From positions 905-64,904 of the forward strand of contig JAUSED010000012.1 in NCBI GenBank assembly GCA_030650425.1: a DNA stretch of 64,000 bases. Direction: 5' to 3'. The notes beneath the pieces are model-generated. The model ran no database searches, was not told where the DNA came from, and saw only the letters and a program-made list of their open reading frames with translations. Positions 37,901 through 48,796 of this stretch are shown here, piece after piece. The position numbers and the translations under genes were made by a program. The DNA comes from Candidatus Omnitrophota bacterium (GTDB taxonomy: Bacteria > Omnitrophota > Gorgyraeia > Gygaellales > Profunditerraquicolaceae). The first letter of the stretch is position 1; every line of letters begins with the position of its first letter.

Positions 37901-38575
37901 GTGTTAGAAGCTAAGAATATACATAAAGTTTATCATGATGGAAAGCGAGAACTCGCTGTTTTAAGAGGGGTAAGCCTGAGGATCGAAGAAGGCGCCCTAG
38001 TTGCTATTGTTGGGCCGTCAGGCGCGGGTAAGTCAACCTTATTACATATTTTAGGCGGATTAGATATTCCTACGCAAGGAGAGATTCTCTTGCGGGGAAA
38101 GAATATTTATAACCTTAGCGACACGGAGCTCTCGCGTATAAGAAATGAAAAGATTGGATTTGTTTTTCAGTTTTATCATTTGCTCGGCGAATTTACGGTT
38201 CTAGAGAATGTGCTTATGCCCGCGCTGATTGGCTCTAAGCTCCAAGCCCCAAGCCTTAAACTCCAAGAGAGGGCCTTAGAACTCTTGAATACGGTAGGAT
38301 TAAGCGAACGGGTTACTCATTTGCCCAATCAGTTATCCGGCGGAGAAAAGCAGAGGGTGGCGATTTGCCGCGGCCTGATCAATAAGCCGGGCCTGCTTTT
38401 TTGCGATGAGCCTACCGGCAACCTTGATTCTCAATCCGGCGAAGAAATTATCGCTTTAATTAAGCAGATTACCCGGGAAAATAAAATGACCGTGGTTTTG
38501 GTGACGCATAACGCGGAATTGGCTAAGTTAACGGATAAGGTGTATCAGCTTAGAGACGGAGTATTAGTGAATTAA
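37901..38575 (+). CDS. lolD: Lipoprotein-releasing ABC ATPase
   Basis: GPSGAGKSTLL, FQFYHLL.EF, LSGGEKQR, DEPTGNLD. Confidence 0.92.
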   Translation: MLEAKNIHKVYHDGKRELAVLRGVSLRIEEGALVAIVGPSGAGKSTLLHILGGLDIPTQGEILLRGKNIYNLSDTELSRIRNEKIGFVFQFYHLLGEFTVLENVLMPALIGSKLQAPSLKLQERALELLNTVGLSERVTHLPNQLSGGEKQRVAICRGLINKPGLLFCDEPTGNLDSQSGEEIIALIKQITRENKMTVVLVTHNAELAKLTDKVYQLRDGVLVN

Positions 38576-38624
38576 CACCCGGCCTTATCGGATAGGCCGG
38601 TGTGCGCTTCTGCGCAAGGGGGAT
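38574..38624 (+). promoter_or_regulatory. Two-hairpin motif with TTATCGGA loop before RBS (copy B)
   Basis: AACACCCGGCC-TTATCGGA-TA-GGCCGGTG, then TGCGC-TTCT-GCGCA, then AGGGGG. Confidence 0.5.
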
Positions 38625-38627
38625 AGA

Positions 38628-39497
38628 ATGAAAATCTATATCAACGGTAAATTCTACGAAAAGAACGAAGCAAAGATTTCTGTATTCGACCACGGCCTGC
38701 TTTACGGTGACGGAGTATTCGAGGGAATCCGTTCGTACAATCGCCTGGTTTTTAAGTTGAAGGAGCATATTGACCGCTTATTTGAGTCAGCTAAAAGCAT
38801 TATGCTTACCATACCCTTAACTAAAGAGGAATTGATTAAAGCGGTAATTCTCACTCTAAAAAAGAATAACCTAAAGGATGCCTATATTCGTCTGGTGGTT
38901 ACGCGCGGCGAGGGAGATCTGGGATTGGACCCGCGTAAATGCCGGGGAAATGCCACAATTTTTATTATTGCCGATAAAATCGCTTTATATCCCGATAGGT
39001 TTTACCAAGAGGGTTTAAAGATCGTTACTGTGCCGACAGTGAGGAATCTTCCTGAGGCAGTGAACCCGCAGATCAAATCTTTAAATTATCTGAATAATAT
39101 CTTAGCCAAGATTGAAGCGGCGAATGCCGGATGCGATGAAGCGATTATGCTGGATTATATGGGGTATGTGGCTGAGTGCACCGGGGATAATATCTTTATT
39201 GTTAAGGGCAAGCATCTTTATACCCCTCCACAGTGCATGGGGACATTGCGCGGGATTACGCGGGACGCGGTTTTAGAGATCGCCCGAAAATCAAAAATCC
39301 CGGCGCATGAACACGTGATTACGCGGCATGAAGTTTATATCTCCGATGAATGTTTTCTGACCGGCACAGCCGCTGAGATTATTCCGGTGGTCGTGGTTGA
39401 CGGCAGGGTGATCGGCAGCGGTAAGCCCGGAAAATTGACTTCCTTACTGCTTAAGAAATTTAGGGAGTTGACGAAAAAAGAAGGAGTGAGATACTAA
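38628..39497 (+). CDS. ilvE: Branched-chain amino acid aminotransferase
   Basis: DHGLLYGDGVFEGIR, KSLNYLNN, L.GITR, FLTGTAAE. Confidence 0.96.
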   Translation: MKIYINGKFYEKNEAKISVFDHGLLYGDGVFEGIRSYNRLVFKLKEHIDRLFESAKSIMLTIPLTKEELIKAVILTLKKNNLKDAYIRLVVTRGEGDLGLDPRKCRGNATIFIIADKIALYPDRFYQEGLKIVTVPTVRNLPEAVNPQIKSLNYLNNILAKIEAANAGCDEAIMLDYMGYVAECTGDNIFIVKGKHLYTPPQCMGTLRGITRDAVLEIARKSKIPAHEHVITRHEVYISDECFLTGTAAEIIPVVVVDGRVIGSGKPGKLTSLLLKKFRELTKKEGVRY

Positions 39498-39498
39498 T

Positions 39499-39999
39499 AT
39501 GCTTTGCGATATTTGCAAAAAAAACGACGCGACCGTGCATCTGACTGAGATCCTCAATGATCAGATGAGCGAGTTGCATCTGTGCGAAGAGTGCGCGCGG
39601 CAGAAAAGTCTGGCAATGGAGCAGCAATTCGGATTAAATGATCTATTAGCCGGTATGGCTGATTTTGGAAAGCAGGAGAAAGAACCTGAAACCGTCGCGC
39701 ATATTAAGTGTCCGGGCTGCGGCCTAACCTACGCTGATTTCAAGAAAATCGGCAGGCTTGGCTGTGGCGAATGTTACAATGCCTTCAACAAATATCTCGG
39801 GCCGCTCCTGAAGCGCATTCATGGTTCAACCCAGCATACGGGAAAATCTCCGCTTAAGGTGACTAAAGACCTGAAGAAAGAGATGGATATCCAGACATTA
39901 CGTATTCGGCTGCAGAAGGCGATTCAGGCAGAAGCGTTTGAAGAGGCGGCTAAATTGCGCGACCAGATCAAAGAAGCGGAAAAAAAGAAAGAAAAATAA
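39499..39999 (+). CDS. mcsA: Arginine kinase activator (CxxC + UVR)
   Basis: Four CxxC, GRLGCGECY, FEEAAKLRD. Confidence 0.94.
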   Translation: MLCDICKKNDATVHLTEILNDQMSELHLCEECARQKSLAMEQQFGLNDLLAGMADFGKQEKEPETVAHIKCPGCGLTYADFKKIGRLGCGECYNAFNKYLGPLLKRIHGSTQHTGKSPLKVTKDLKKEMDIQTLRIRLQKAIQAEAFEEAAKLRDQIKEAEKKKEK

Positions 40000-40001
40000 C
40001 T

Positions 40002-41054
40002 ATGCAGTTAAATGATTTGTTAAATCATACCAGTGAGTGGCTAAAAGGGACAGGCCCGAATTCCGACATCGTGATCTCAAGTCGCATTCGCCTGGCGCGT
40101 AACCTTGATAAGGCCCGTTTTCCGCATTGGGCGGATAAGGTGCAAGGCAGACAAACTTTGGAGACGATTAAAGAAGGTATCGCCCGGGTGGATTATTTGA
40201 AACGCACGACATTTTTTTATCTAGCGGATGTCGATAATGTAGATAAACAATTTTTGGTAGAGCGGCATCTTATGTCTCTTGACCATGCCCAAAAGCCCGA
40301 GAATAAAGCGCTGGTGGTAGACGATGAAGAGATCATCTCGATCATGATTAACGAAGAAGACCATATCCGCATGCAGGTTATGCAATCAGGGTTCAACCTT
40401 TTTGAAGCTTGGAATATTATCAATATTATCGATGACGGGCTGGCCAAGGAATTGAATATCGCCTTCCTGCCGAATTGGGGTTATCTTACCGCCTGTCCGA
40501 CTAATGCCGGCACCGGGATGCGCGGTTCGGTGATGCTGCATTTGCCGGCTTTGGTGATGACCCGCTCAATCGACCGGGTATTAGCCGCGATTGCCAAACT
40601 GAGTTTTGCCACCCGCGGTCTTTACGGCGAAGGGACGCAGGCAATGGGGAATTTCTTTCAGATTTCTAATCAGGTTTCTTTAGGGCCGAGCGAGAATGAA
40701 ATAATCGAAAGTATAAACGGTTTGATTCGTCAGATCATTGAGCAGGAAAAGCAGGCCAGAGATAATCTGTTGACTAAAAACGGGCCGCTCCTTGAAGACA
40801 GGATCAACCGCAGTCTTGGGATTTTAAAGAGCGCCCGGATTATTTCCAGCCAGGAAACAATCGAATTACTTTCGATGGTCAGGTTAGGCTGTGATTTAGG
40901 GATGGTTAAAGATATTGACCGCCGGGCAATCAACGAATTGTTTATCATTACGCAACCGGCACATTTACAAAAGATAGAAAATATAAAATTATCATCAGAA
41001 GAGCGCGATTTAAAACGGGCGGAACTGATCCGGAACAAACTCAATATTCATTAA
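40002..41054 (+). CDS. mcsB: Protein arginine kinase
   Basis: SSRIRLARN, INEEDH, CPTN.GTG.R.S. Confidence 0.96.
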   Translation: MQLNDLLNHTSEWLKGTGPNSDIVISSRIRLARNLDKARFPHWADKVQGRQTLETIKEGIARVDYLKRTTFFYLADVDNVDKQFLVERHLMSLDHAQKPENKALVVDDEEIISIMINEEDHIRMQVMQSGFNLFEAWNIINIIDDGLAKELNIAFLPNWGYLTACPTNAGTGMRGSVMLHLPALVMTRSIDRVLAAIAKLSFATRGLYGEGTQAMGNFFQISNQVSLGPSENEIIESINGLIRQIIEQEKQARDNLLTKNGPLLEDRINRSLGILKSARIISSQETIELLSMVRLGCDLGMVKDIDRRAINELFIITQPAHLQKIENIKLSSEERDLKRAELIRNKLNIH

Positions 41055-41055
41055 G

Positions 41056-41114
41056 ACTCCGCGCATAGCGCGGAGTTAAACAAGCGCTAAACGCCAGAGG
41101 CAGCGCTTGTTTAA
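41056..41114. repeat. Two adjacent perfect hairpins directly before the clpC RBS
   Basis: ACTCCGCGC/GCGCGGAGT (9 bp) and TTAAACAAGCGCT/AGCGCTTGTTTAA (13 bp). Confidence 0.75.
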
Positions 41115-41125
41115 GGGAGGATTTT

Positions 41126-43549
41126 ATGTTTAATCGTTTCACTGAAAGGGCACGTAAGGTAATTATCTTAGCTAAAGAAGAGGCAAGGCGTTTTAACCAT
41201 GATTATATCGGGACCGAGCATATACTTTTAGGGCTTATCCGTGAGGGGGAAGGCGTAGCCAGCGCGGTATTGCAGAAATTGGGCCTCTCTTTAGAAAATA
41301 TCCGGCTTGAGGTTGAGAAATTAGTCCAGCCTGGCCCAAGTACCCAGATTATCGGAGATATTCCTTTTACCCCGCGGGCGAAAAAATCATTAGAGTTGGC
41401 TGCCGAAGAGGCTCGCTCGCTTGGCCACAATTACATTGGCACCGAACATCTTTTACTGGGGCTTATCCGCGAGGGAGAAGGGATTGCTTCACAGGTATTA
41501 TTGAATTTGGGGTTGGATTTAAATACCGTGCGTAATGAAGTAATGGAGTTGTTGGGTTCCGCTCTTCCCGGCGCTCAGGGTATGGCTGGCGCTCAGCAGG
41601 CTAAGAGTAAAACTCCGGCCTTAGATGCCTTTGGACGCGACTTGACTGCTTTAGCTAAAGAGAATAAGCTTGATCCGGTTATTGATCGTACACAGGAGAT
41701 TGAAAGGGTAATTCAAATCTTAAGCCGCAGGACTAAAAATAATCCGGTGCTTTTGGGGGAGGCAGGCGTAGGAAAGACCGCGATTGTCGAAGGTTTGGCG
41801 CAATTAATTATCGCTGGGAACGTCCCGGAACTTTTACGCGGCAAACGGTTGATTACTTTGGATTTGGCTTTAATGGTCGCCGGAACTAAATATCGCGGGC
41901 AGTTTGAAGAAAGAATCAAAGCGGTGATGGAGGAGATCAAGCGTTCGCAGGATGTGATTATTTTTATCGATGAGTTGCATACCTTGGTTGGGGCGGGGGC
42001 GGCTGAAGGCGCGATTGACGCCTCAAATATCTTAAAACCCGCGCTTTCGCGCGGCGAGATGCAGTGCATCGGCGCGACCACCATGGATGAATATAGGAAA
42101 TATATAGAGAAAGACGCGGCCTTAGAGCGTAGATTTCAGACGATTATGGTTGAGCCTCCGTCAGTAGACCAGACGATTGAAATACTCAAGGGCCTGCGGG
42201 ATAAATATGAGGCCCATCACCGGGTGACCTTCAGGGATGATGCCTTGGGAGCAGCGGCAAAATTATCCGACCGTTATATTTCGGGGAGGTTCCTGCCGGA
42301 TAAGGCGATTGATTTAATCGATGAAACAGGCTCGCGCGCAAGGCTTAATGTCTTGATTGTTCCTCCGGATATTAAAAAATTAGAGGAGAAAGTGGAATCT
42401 TTAAGAAAAGAAAAAGAATCCTTCATTAAAAGCCAGGATTTTGAAAAGGCAGCCTCTTTGCGTGATCAGGAAAGGCAGGCCCGGCAGGAATTAGAGCAAT
42501 TGAATAAGGAGTGGTCGCAGGCTAAGGATAAGACGCGTCCGGAAGTGACGGAAGAGGATATTGCTAAGATTGTCGCCCAGTGGACCGGAATTCCGATATT
42601 TAGGTTAGAAGAAAAAGAGGGCGAAAAATTACTGAAGATCGAAGAAGAGCTGCATAGGCGCGTAGTCGGACAGAATGAAGCGATTGAAGCGATTGCCCAC
42701 GCGGTCAGGCGTTCGCGCGCCGGAATTAAGGATCCGAAAAGGCCCATCGGTTCATTTATATTTTTAGGCCCCACCGGCGTAGGTAAATCCCTGCTTGCCC
42801 GGGCATTGGCGGAATTTATGTTCGGAGATGAGGACGCGTTGATTCAATTGGATATGTCGGAATATATGGAGAAGTTTAATGTCTCGCGTTTAATCGGCGC
42901 TCCTCCGGGATATGTCGGTTATGAAGAGGGCGGACAGCTTACCGAGCGAATCCGGCGCAGGCCGTATGCTGTAATACTTCTGGATGAAATCGAAAAAGCC
43001 CATCCGGATGTATTCAATTTATTACTGCAGGTTTTTGAAGAAGGCAGGCTTACCGATAGTTTCGGCAGGAAGGTTGATTTTCGTAACACCGTGATTATTA
43101 TGACCTCTAACGTCGGAGCAGATCTTATCCGTAAGGCAGGCTCGCTTGGTTTTAAGACGCAAAAAGAAGAGATAACTTATCAGGAGATGAAGGATAAGCT
43201 GCTTGAGGAAGTAAAGCATACCTTTAAACCGGAGTTTTTGAACCGCATCGACGACATTATTGTTTTCAGGCAGTTACTGAAAGAGGACCTCCAGCGGATT
43301 ATCGATATCGAAATCGGCCATGTTTCCGCCAGGCTAAAAGAGCAGAATATCAAATTGGAAGTGGATGCCTCTGCCAAAGAGCTCCTGATTGAAAAAGGCT
43401 TTGACCTTGTATTCGGAGCCCGGCCTCTAAAGAGGACAATTCAGAGGTTCTTAGAAGACCCTTTAGCCTCGGAGATCATCTCCAAAAAATTTAAGGATGG
43501 TTCAGTGGTCAAGGTAACCTGTAAGAATAATGAGCTGATTTTCGTATGA
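41126..43549 (+). CDS. clpC: Clp protease ATPase ClpC
   Basis: Two Clp-N repeats, GEAGVGKT, UVR linker, GPTGVGKS, GARPL. Confidence 0.98.
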   Translation: MFNRFTERARKVIILAKEEARRFNHDYIGTEHILLGLIREGEGVASAVLQKLGLSLENIRLEVEKLVQPGPSTQIIGDIPFTPRAKKSLELAAEEARSLGHNYIGTEHLLLGLIREGEGIASQVLLNLGLDLNTVRNEVMELLGSALPGAQGMAGAQQAKSKTPALDAFGRDLTALAKENKLDPVIDRTQEIERVIQILSRRTKNNPVLLGEAGVGKTAIVEGLAQLIIAGNVPELLRGKRLITLDLALMVAGTKYRGQFEERIKAVMEEIKRSQDVIIFIDELHTLVGAGAAEGAIDASNILKPALSRGEMQCIGATTMDEYRKYIEKDAALERRFQTIMVEPPSVDQTIEILKGLRDKYEAHHRVTFRDDALGAAAKLSDRYISGRFLPDKAIDLIDETGSRARLNVLIVPPDIKKLEEKVESLRKEKESFIKSQDFEKAASLRDQERQARQELEQLNKEWSQAKDKTRPEVTEEDIAKIVAQWTGIPIFRLEEKEGEKLLKIEEELHRRVVGQNEAIEAIAHAVRRSRAGIKDPKRPIGSFIFLGPTGVGKSLLARALAEFMFGDEDALIQLDMSEYMEKFNVSRLIGAPPGYVGYEEGGQLTERIRRRPYAVILLDEIEKAHPDVFNLLLQVFEEGRLTDSFGRKVDFRNTVIIMTSNVGADLIRKAGSLGFKTQKEEITYQEMKDKLLEEVKHTFKPEFLNRIDDIIVFRQLLKEDLQRIIDIEIGHVSARLKEQNIKLEVDASAKELLIEKGFDLVFGARPLKRTIQRFLEDPLASEIISKKFKDGSVVKVTCKNNELIFV

Positions 43550-44334
43550 TCCTACACGAATTTTTTATCACTGTCGGCGCGCGGATAATCTCCTTTATGT
43601 ATTTCTTGGGAGGTTTGTTTAATCTTTTCGTGCAGACGATGTATCAGATTTTTGTCCCGCCGTATAGGAAAGACCGGATATTCGAACAGGCGAAAAAAGC
43701 GGGCTTTGACAGCCTTCCTATCGTATCGCTTGTTTCACTCTTTATCGGTTTTATCTTCGCGCTCCAGACGGCCTACTTTATGCAGCGTATCGGATCGGAG
43801 ATTTATATCGCCAGTTTAGTCGCGCTCTCGATTGTGCGCGAATTAGGCCCGGTAATCACAGCTCTGGTAGTAGCAGGAAGAGTGGGTGCCGCGATTACCG
43901 CGGAGTTAGGCTCAATGCAGGTTACCGAGCAGATAGACGCCTTGGAAACGCTGGCCAGTAATCCCATAAAGTATCTGGTTGTGCCGAGGTTTCTGGCTTT
44001 AAGTTTAATGCTTCCGCTTCTGACCCTTTACTCCGACGCTATAGGCATCCTGGGAAGCTATATGATTTGCGTGTTTAAACTGGGTATATCTTCGAGTATG
44101 TATCTAAGGGTTACAGCGGAGGCGCTTTTTTATAAAGATTTGTTTACCGGTTTATTTAAGACAATATTCTTTGGGATGATTATCGCCTTAGTTAGTTGCA
44201 TGGAAGGTTTTAACGTCGAAGGAGGAGCAGAGGGCGTAGGAAGGGCGACTACGCGTTCAGTAGTTTTTTCCTTCATTATGATTATTATCGCGGATTGCTT
44301 CTTTACAGCTTTGTTTTATTTTATCTTCCCCTAA
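43546..44334 (+). CDS. mlaE: MlaE-family ABC permease
   Basis: RELGPVITAL..AGRVG..I.AELGSM.V.EQIDAL, GVG.ATT. Confidence 0.93.
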   Translation: MILHEFFITVGARIISFMYFLGGLFNLFVQTMYQIFVPPYRKDRIFEQAKKAGFDSLPIVSLVSLFIGFIFALQTAYFMQRIGSEIYIASLVALSIVRELGPVITALVVAGRVGAAITAELGSMQVTEQIDALETLASNPIKYLVVPRFLALSLMLPLLTLYSDAIGILGSYMICVFKLGISSSMYLRVTAEALFYKDLFTGLFKTIFFGMIIALVSCMEGFNVEGGAEGVGRATTRSVVFSFIMIIIADCFFTALFYFIFP

Positions 44335-44339
44335 AAATT

Positions 44340-45101
44340 ATGATTGAAATAACCGGATTACATAAATCGCTTGGAGCGCATAAGGTCTTAAACGGAGTGC
44401 ATCTTAAAATAGAGAAAGGAAAGACCTGCGTGATTATCGGCCGCTCCGGCTGCGGTAAGTCGGTTTTACTTAAACATATCGTGGGGATCTTAAAGCCGGA
44501 TAAGGGAAAGGTCCTAATCGACGGACAGGACGTGGGGGTATTGGCAGAGAAGGAATTAAACGCGGTGCGTCTGAAGATCGGTTTGGTTTTTCAGGGAGGC
44601 GCGTTATTTGATTCGATGACTGTCGGCGAAAACGTAGGGTTTGGCTTAATTGAGCATGACCATATTCCCCACAAGCAACTTCTTGAGAAGATAGAATCAT
44701 CGCTGTCAATGGTTGGCCTGCACGGGATAGGCAACCTGATGCCTTCGGAGTTAAGCGGCGGAATGCGCAAGCGCGTGGCTTTGGCACGGGCGATTTGCAT
44801 TAATCCTCAGATTATTTTATACGATGAGCCAACTACCGGCGTAGACCCGATTACCGCTGACAGCATTAATGAATTGATTAAAAGTATGCACGACAAATTA
44901 AAGATTACCTCGATTGTCGTGACTCACGATATGAAAAGTGCCTACAAGGTGGCGGATAAGATCGCTATGCTTTATCAGGGGAAGATTATCGCCGAGGGAA
45001 CACCCGATGAGATTCAGCGGACAAAGAATCCGGTGGTACATCAATTTATTAACGGGCTTGCTTTTGGCCCGATAACCGAAACACTCGATCATTCCAGATA
45101 A
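44340..45101 (+). CDS. mlaF: MlaF-family ABC ATPase
   Basis: GRSGCGKS, FQ..ALFDS, LSGGMRKRV, YDEPT. Confidence 0.93.
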   Translation: MIEITGLHKSLGAHKVLNGVHLKIEKGKTCVIIGRSGCGKSVLLKHIVGILKPDKGKVLIDGQDVGVLAEKELNAVRLKIGLVFQGGALFDSMTVGENVGFGLIEHDHIPHKQLLEKIESSLSMVGLHGIGNLMPSELSGGMRKRVALARAICINPQIILYDEPTTGVDPITADSINELIKSMHDKLKITSIVVTHDMKSAYKVADKIAMLYQGKIIAEGTPDEIQRTKNPVVHQFINGLAFGPITETLDHSR

Positions 45102-45115
45102 CGGAGGGTTAAACC

Positions 45116-45730
45116 ATGATCTTCGGGAAAACAAAATTAGAGATGAAGGTGGGAGTTTTTGTTTTTATCGGTTTAATTATACTGGTAGTTTTTGTCCTTT
45201 CGATAGGAGGGGTGAAGACCTGGACATCCGGCTATAAGGTGAATTTTATTTTTAATTTTGTGAACGGGGTAAAAAATGGCGCTCCGGTGAGGTTTGCCGG
45301 GGTGGATTCAGGGGTGGTCAGGAGCATCAGATTTTTTCGTGATCCTAAAGGGTTAAAAAATAAGGTCCGCGTCACTTGTTGGCTGAATAAGAATGTAAAC
45401 ATACCTTTGGATTCCAAGATCTGGGTAAATACCTTGGGGTTATTGGGAGAAAAGTATATTGAGATTATGCCGGGAGAAGATTGTAACAGGCTTCTTTTGG
45501 CTGGGCAGGAGATGTCCGGCGAAGATCCGCTGCCGATGAATGAGATTATGAAAGATGCCAAGCAGATCACGGATAATCTTAACTTAGGCTTGCAGAGGAT
45601 CGTGGATAAAGAGGGTACCGTCGGCAAACTCTTATTTGATGATAAAATATATAACGAACTTGATGCCTTGGTTACCGATGTCAGGAAAAATCCCTGGAAG
45701 CTTTTGATTAAGACCAAAGAAAAGAAATAA
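45116..45730 (+). CDS. mlaD: MlaD/MCE protein
   Basis: N-terminal TM, GAPVRFAGV..G.V, GLLGEKYIEI.PG. Confidence 0.9.
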   Translation: MIFGKTKLEMKVGVFVFIGLIILVVFVLSIGGVKTWTSGYKVNFIFNFVNGVKNGAPVRFAGVDSGVVRSIRFFRDPKGLKNKVRVTCWLNKNVNIPLDSKIWVNTLGLLGEKYIEIMPGEDCNRLLLAGQEMSGEDPLPMNEIMKDAKQITDNLNLGLQRIVDKEGTVGKLLFDDKIYNELDALVTDVRKNPWKLLIKTKEKK

Positions 45731-47124
45731 TGACGCGGATTAAAACTATATTCACCTGCCAGAGTTGCGGTTATCAATCTCCTAAATGGATGGGGAGATG
45801 TCCGGATTGCCAGAGTTGGAATTCTTTTGTCGAGGAGGATTACAGCGAGCCTAGCTCTAAAGTAAAGGAACGCAGCGCGCTATATAAAGACGAGCCGGTA
45901 TTGCTTAAAGATGTGCAGGCCAGAGAAGAAGAGCGGCTGAAGACCGGTATTCTGGAGTTAGATAGGGTTTTAGGCGGAGGCATAGTCAGCGGCTCGGTAA
46001 TTTTGATCGGCGGAGACCCCGGGGTCGGCAAATCTACGATATCTTTACAGGTATCTAATCAGTTGACCAAGCAGGGCTCAACTGTGCTTTATGTAAGCGG
46101 CGAAGAGAGCGTGCATCAGACTAAACTAAGGGCCAAACGGCTTGGTTCGCATGAATCCGACCGCCTTTATATTGTTAATCAAACCGATTTATCTTTAATC
46201 ACCGAGTATATTAAAAAGCTTAAGCCGGAAGTAGTGATTATTGATTCTATTCAGGTAGTTTTTGATCCGGGGATAAGCTCTTCCGCCGGAAGCGTAAGTC
46301 AGGTGCGGGAATGTTCCGGAATGCTGACGCAATTGGCTAAGACTTCCGGGACCTCGATTTTTATCATCGGCCACGTAACCAAAGAAGGCACGCTTGCCGG
46401 ACCAAGGGTCTTAGAGCATATCGTAGATACCGTCTTATATTTCGAAGGAGACAGGTTCTCCTTATTTCGCATTTTACGCGCGGTAAAAAACAGGTTTGGC
46501 TCAACTAATGAAATAGGCGTTTTTGAAATGAGCAGTCAGGGTTTGGCCGAGGTAAAGAATCCATCCGAGATATTTTTATCTGAAAAACCTCAGGATGTCG
46601 CCGGTTCGGTAGTTACTTCCATATTGGAAGGGTCACGCCCGCTCTTAGTTGAAATGCAGTCTTTGGTCAGCCGCTCAAGTTTTGGCTATGCCCGGAGGCG
46701 AGCCCAAGGATTTGATTCTAATCGCCTAAGCCTCTTGGTCGCGGTTTTAGAGAAACGCATAGGATTGGCGTTGGAAACAGAGGATATCTTTGTTAATGTA
46801 GCCGGAGGAATAAAAGTTGAAGATCCGGCAGCTGACCTTGCTTTAGCCATAGCCATCGCATCCGCGTTCCGTGAGCAGTTAGTTATGCCGGCTACGCTTA
46901 TTTTAGGAGAAGTAGGTTTGAGCGGCGAGATCAGAAGTATCTCTCAGATTATGCTGCGCGTTAACGAGGCAGAAAAATTAGGCTTTAAACATTGTATTTT
47001 ACCGAAGAATAATCATAAAAACTTTAAAAATTATAAAGGCGATATCGAATTGATCCCGGTAGCGAATTTAAAAGAAGCATTGGATATCGCCTTAAGCCTG
47101 CAGAGGGTGCCTGTAGGTAAGTAA
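45730..47124 (+). CDS. radA: DNA repair protein RadA/Sms
   Basis: C4 Zn finger, [14 protein letters not shown]. Confidence 0.97.
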   Translation: MTRIKTIFTCQSCGYQSPKWMGRCPDCQSWNSFVEEDYSEPSSKVKERSALYKDEPVLLKDVQAREEERLKTGILELDRVLGGGIVSGSVILIGGDPGVGKSTISLQVSNQLTKQGSTVLYVSGEESVHQTKLRAKRLGSHESDRLYIVNQTDLSLITEYIKKLKPEVVIIDSIQVVFDPGISSSAGSVSQVRECSGMLTQLAKTSGTSIFIIGHVTKEGTLAGPRVLEHIVDTVLYFEGDRFSLFRILRAVKNRFGSTNEIGVFEMSSQGLAEVKNPSEIFLSEKPQDVAGSVVTSILEGSRPLLVEMQSLVSRSSFGYARRRAQGFDSNRLSLLVAVLEKRIGLALETEDIFVNVAGGIKVEDPAADLALAIAIASAFREQLVMPATLILGEVGLSGEIRSISQIMLRVNEAEKLGFKHCILPKNNHKNFKNYKGDIELIPVANLKEALDIALSLQRVPVGK

Positions 47125-47135
47125 GGAGGAAAGTA

Positions 47136-48101
47136 ATGAATTTATTATTCGTGCGTATTTTATTCATAGTCGCAAGCTCGATCGTGGGTTATCAGGCGGG
47201 AAGTGTGCAAGGCGGCCTTATCGGAGTCATCCTAAGCTCTACACTGATTCTTATAGAGATGGGATTACGTAAGGTTTCAGTAAGCGGGCTTTCAAGCAGC
47301 GTTTTCGGGTTGATTCTAGGTTTGATTATGGCTAAGCTGGTGGGAGACGCCTTTAGCGTTACTCCGCTTTCTCCAAGCACGCTTGCTTCGGTGAGAGTGA
47401 TCTTAACCTTAGTCTTTTGTTATTTAGGTATGATTATGGCTTTACGCGGTAAAGATGAGTTTAGCGTGATTATACCCTATGTGCGGCTTAGGCGTCAGGA
47501 TCAAGCGGAGGAGATTGTGGTTTTAGACACCAGCGTGATCATCGACGGAAGGATTGTGGATATCTGCAAAACCAAATTTCTTTCTGGTAAGATTATCATC
47601 CCTAAGTTTGTTTTAAGGGAGTTACAACAGATAGCGGATTCGACTGATCCGATTAAGCGTCAGCGAGGCAGGCGGGGTCTGGAGATTCTTCATACAGTAC
47701 AGACAGAATCGGGATTGGATATCGTTATACATGAGACGGACTTTCCAGAGACTAACGAAGTGGACGCTAAGCTTGTGAAATTAGCCAAACTTTTGGAAGC
47801 AAAGATCCTGACTGTTGATTTTAATTTAAACCGCGTAGCCACAATTCAGGGAATCAAGGTTTTAAATATTAATGAACTTGCCAATGCCCTTAAACCGATA
47901 GTTTTTCCCGGAGAAGAGATGCAGATTAAGCTGATTAAAGAAGGCAAAGAGCATAATCAGGCAATCGGTTATCTAGAGGACGGGACAATGGTGGTGGTGG
48001 AAGACGCGCGCAAGCTGATCGGGCAGGAGGTAAAGGTCGCGGTTACCTCTGTCCTTCAGACACAGGCAGGTAGGATGATTTTTACCAAGTTAGAACGATA
48101 A
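47136..48101 (+). CDS. Membrane PIN/TRAM protein (YacL-like)
   Basis: [36 protein letters not shown]. Confidence 0.93.
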   Translation: MNLLFVRILFIVASSIVGYQAGSVQGGLIGVILSSTLILIEMGLRKVSVSGLSSSVFGLILGLIMAKLVGDAFSVTPLSPSTLASVRVILTLVFCYLGMIMALRGKDEFSVIIPYVRLRRQDQAEEIVVLDTSVIIDGRIVDICKTKFLSGKIIIPKFVLRELQQIADSTDPIKRQRGRRGLEILHTVQTESGLDIVIHETDFPETNEVDAKLVKLAKLLEAKILTVDFNLNRVATIQGIKVLNINELANALKPIVFPGEEMQIKLIKEGKEHNQAIGYLEDGTMVVVEDARKLIGQEVKVAVTSVLQTQAGRMIFTKLER

Positions 48102-48796
48102 TGTTGGTCAGCGCGATAGTGGTGGCTGCCGGGAAAAGTAAAAGGTTCAAAACTAAAACTTCCAAAGTTATATTAAAGTTAGGCTCCAAACCGGTGATTG
48201 TTTATTCGTTGGGTATTCTGAATGAACATCCCAAGATAAAAGAAATTATTATCGTCGCTAACCCGCAGAACTTCGAGAGCCTGCGCGGAATTATTAAAAA
48301 AAATAAGTTTTACAAGGCGGTTAAGGTTGTCTTAGGCGGTAAAAAGCGTAAGGATTCCGTAGCAGCGGGCTTGAGAGTAATTAATTCTAAGGCGGATTTT
48401 GTGTTAATTCATGACGCTGCCCGGCCCTTTATAACCAGAGATTTGGTCTCTTTAGTAATAAATGAAGCTTATGAATCAAAAGCAGCGATTTTGGGCGTGC
48501 CGGTGAAAGCAACGATAAAACGATGCAAGCTGCAAGGCGCAGAGTGCATGGTAAAAGAAACGATAGATAGAAAGAATATCTGGGAAGTGCAAACTCCGCA
48601 GGTATTCGCGAGAGATTTAATCTTAAAGGCGTATCAAAGATTTAGTCATAGCGATGCAACTGACGATGCGATGTTGGTAGAGAGGCTGGGGGCTAAGGTA
48701 AGCGTAGTTTTAGGTTCGTATAAGAATATCAAGATTACCACTCCCGAAGATTTCATAATCGCTAAAGGAGTAGCTTATTTATGGAAACCCGCGTAG
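48101..48796 (+). CDS. ispD: MEP cytidylyltransferase
   Basis: AAG...R, HDAARP, QTPQ, TDDA, NIKITTPED. Confidence 0.96.
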   Translation: MLVSAIVVAAGKSKRFKTKTSKVILKLGSKPVIVYSLGILNEHPKIKEIIIVANPQNFESLRGIIKKNKFYKAVKVVLGGKKRKDSVAAGLRVINSKADFVLIHDAARPFITRDLVSLVINEAYESKAAILGVPVKATIKRCKLQGAECMVKETIDRKNIWEVQTPQVFARDLILKAYQRFSHSDATDDAMLVERLGAKVSVVLGSYKNIKITTPEDFIIAKGVAYLWKPA

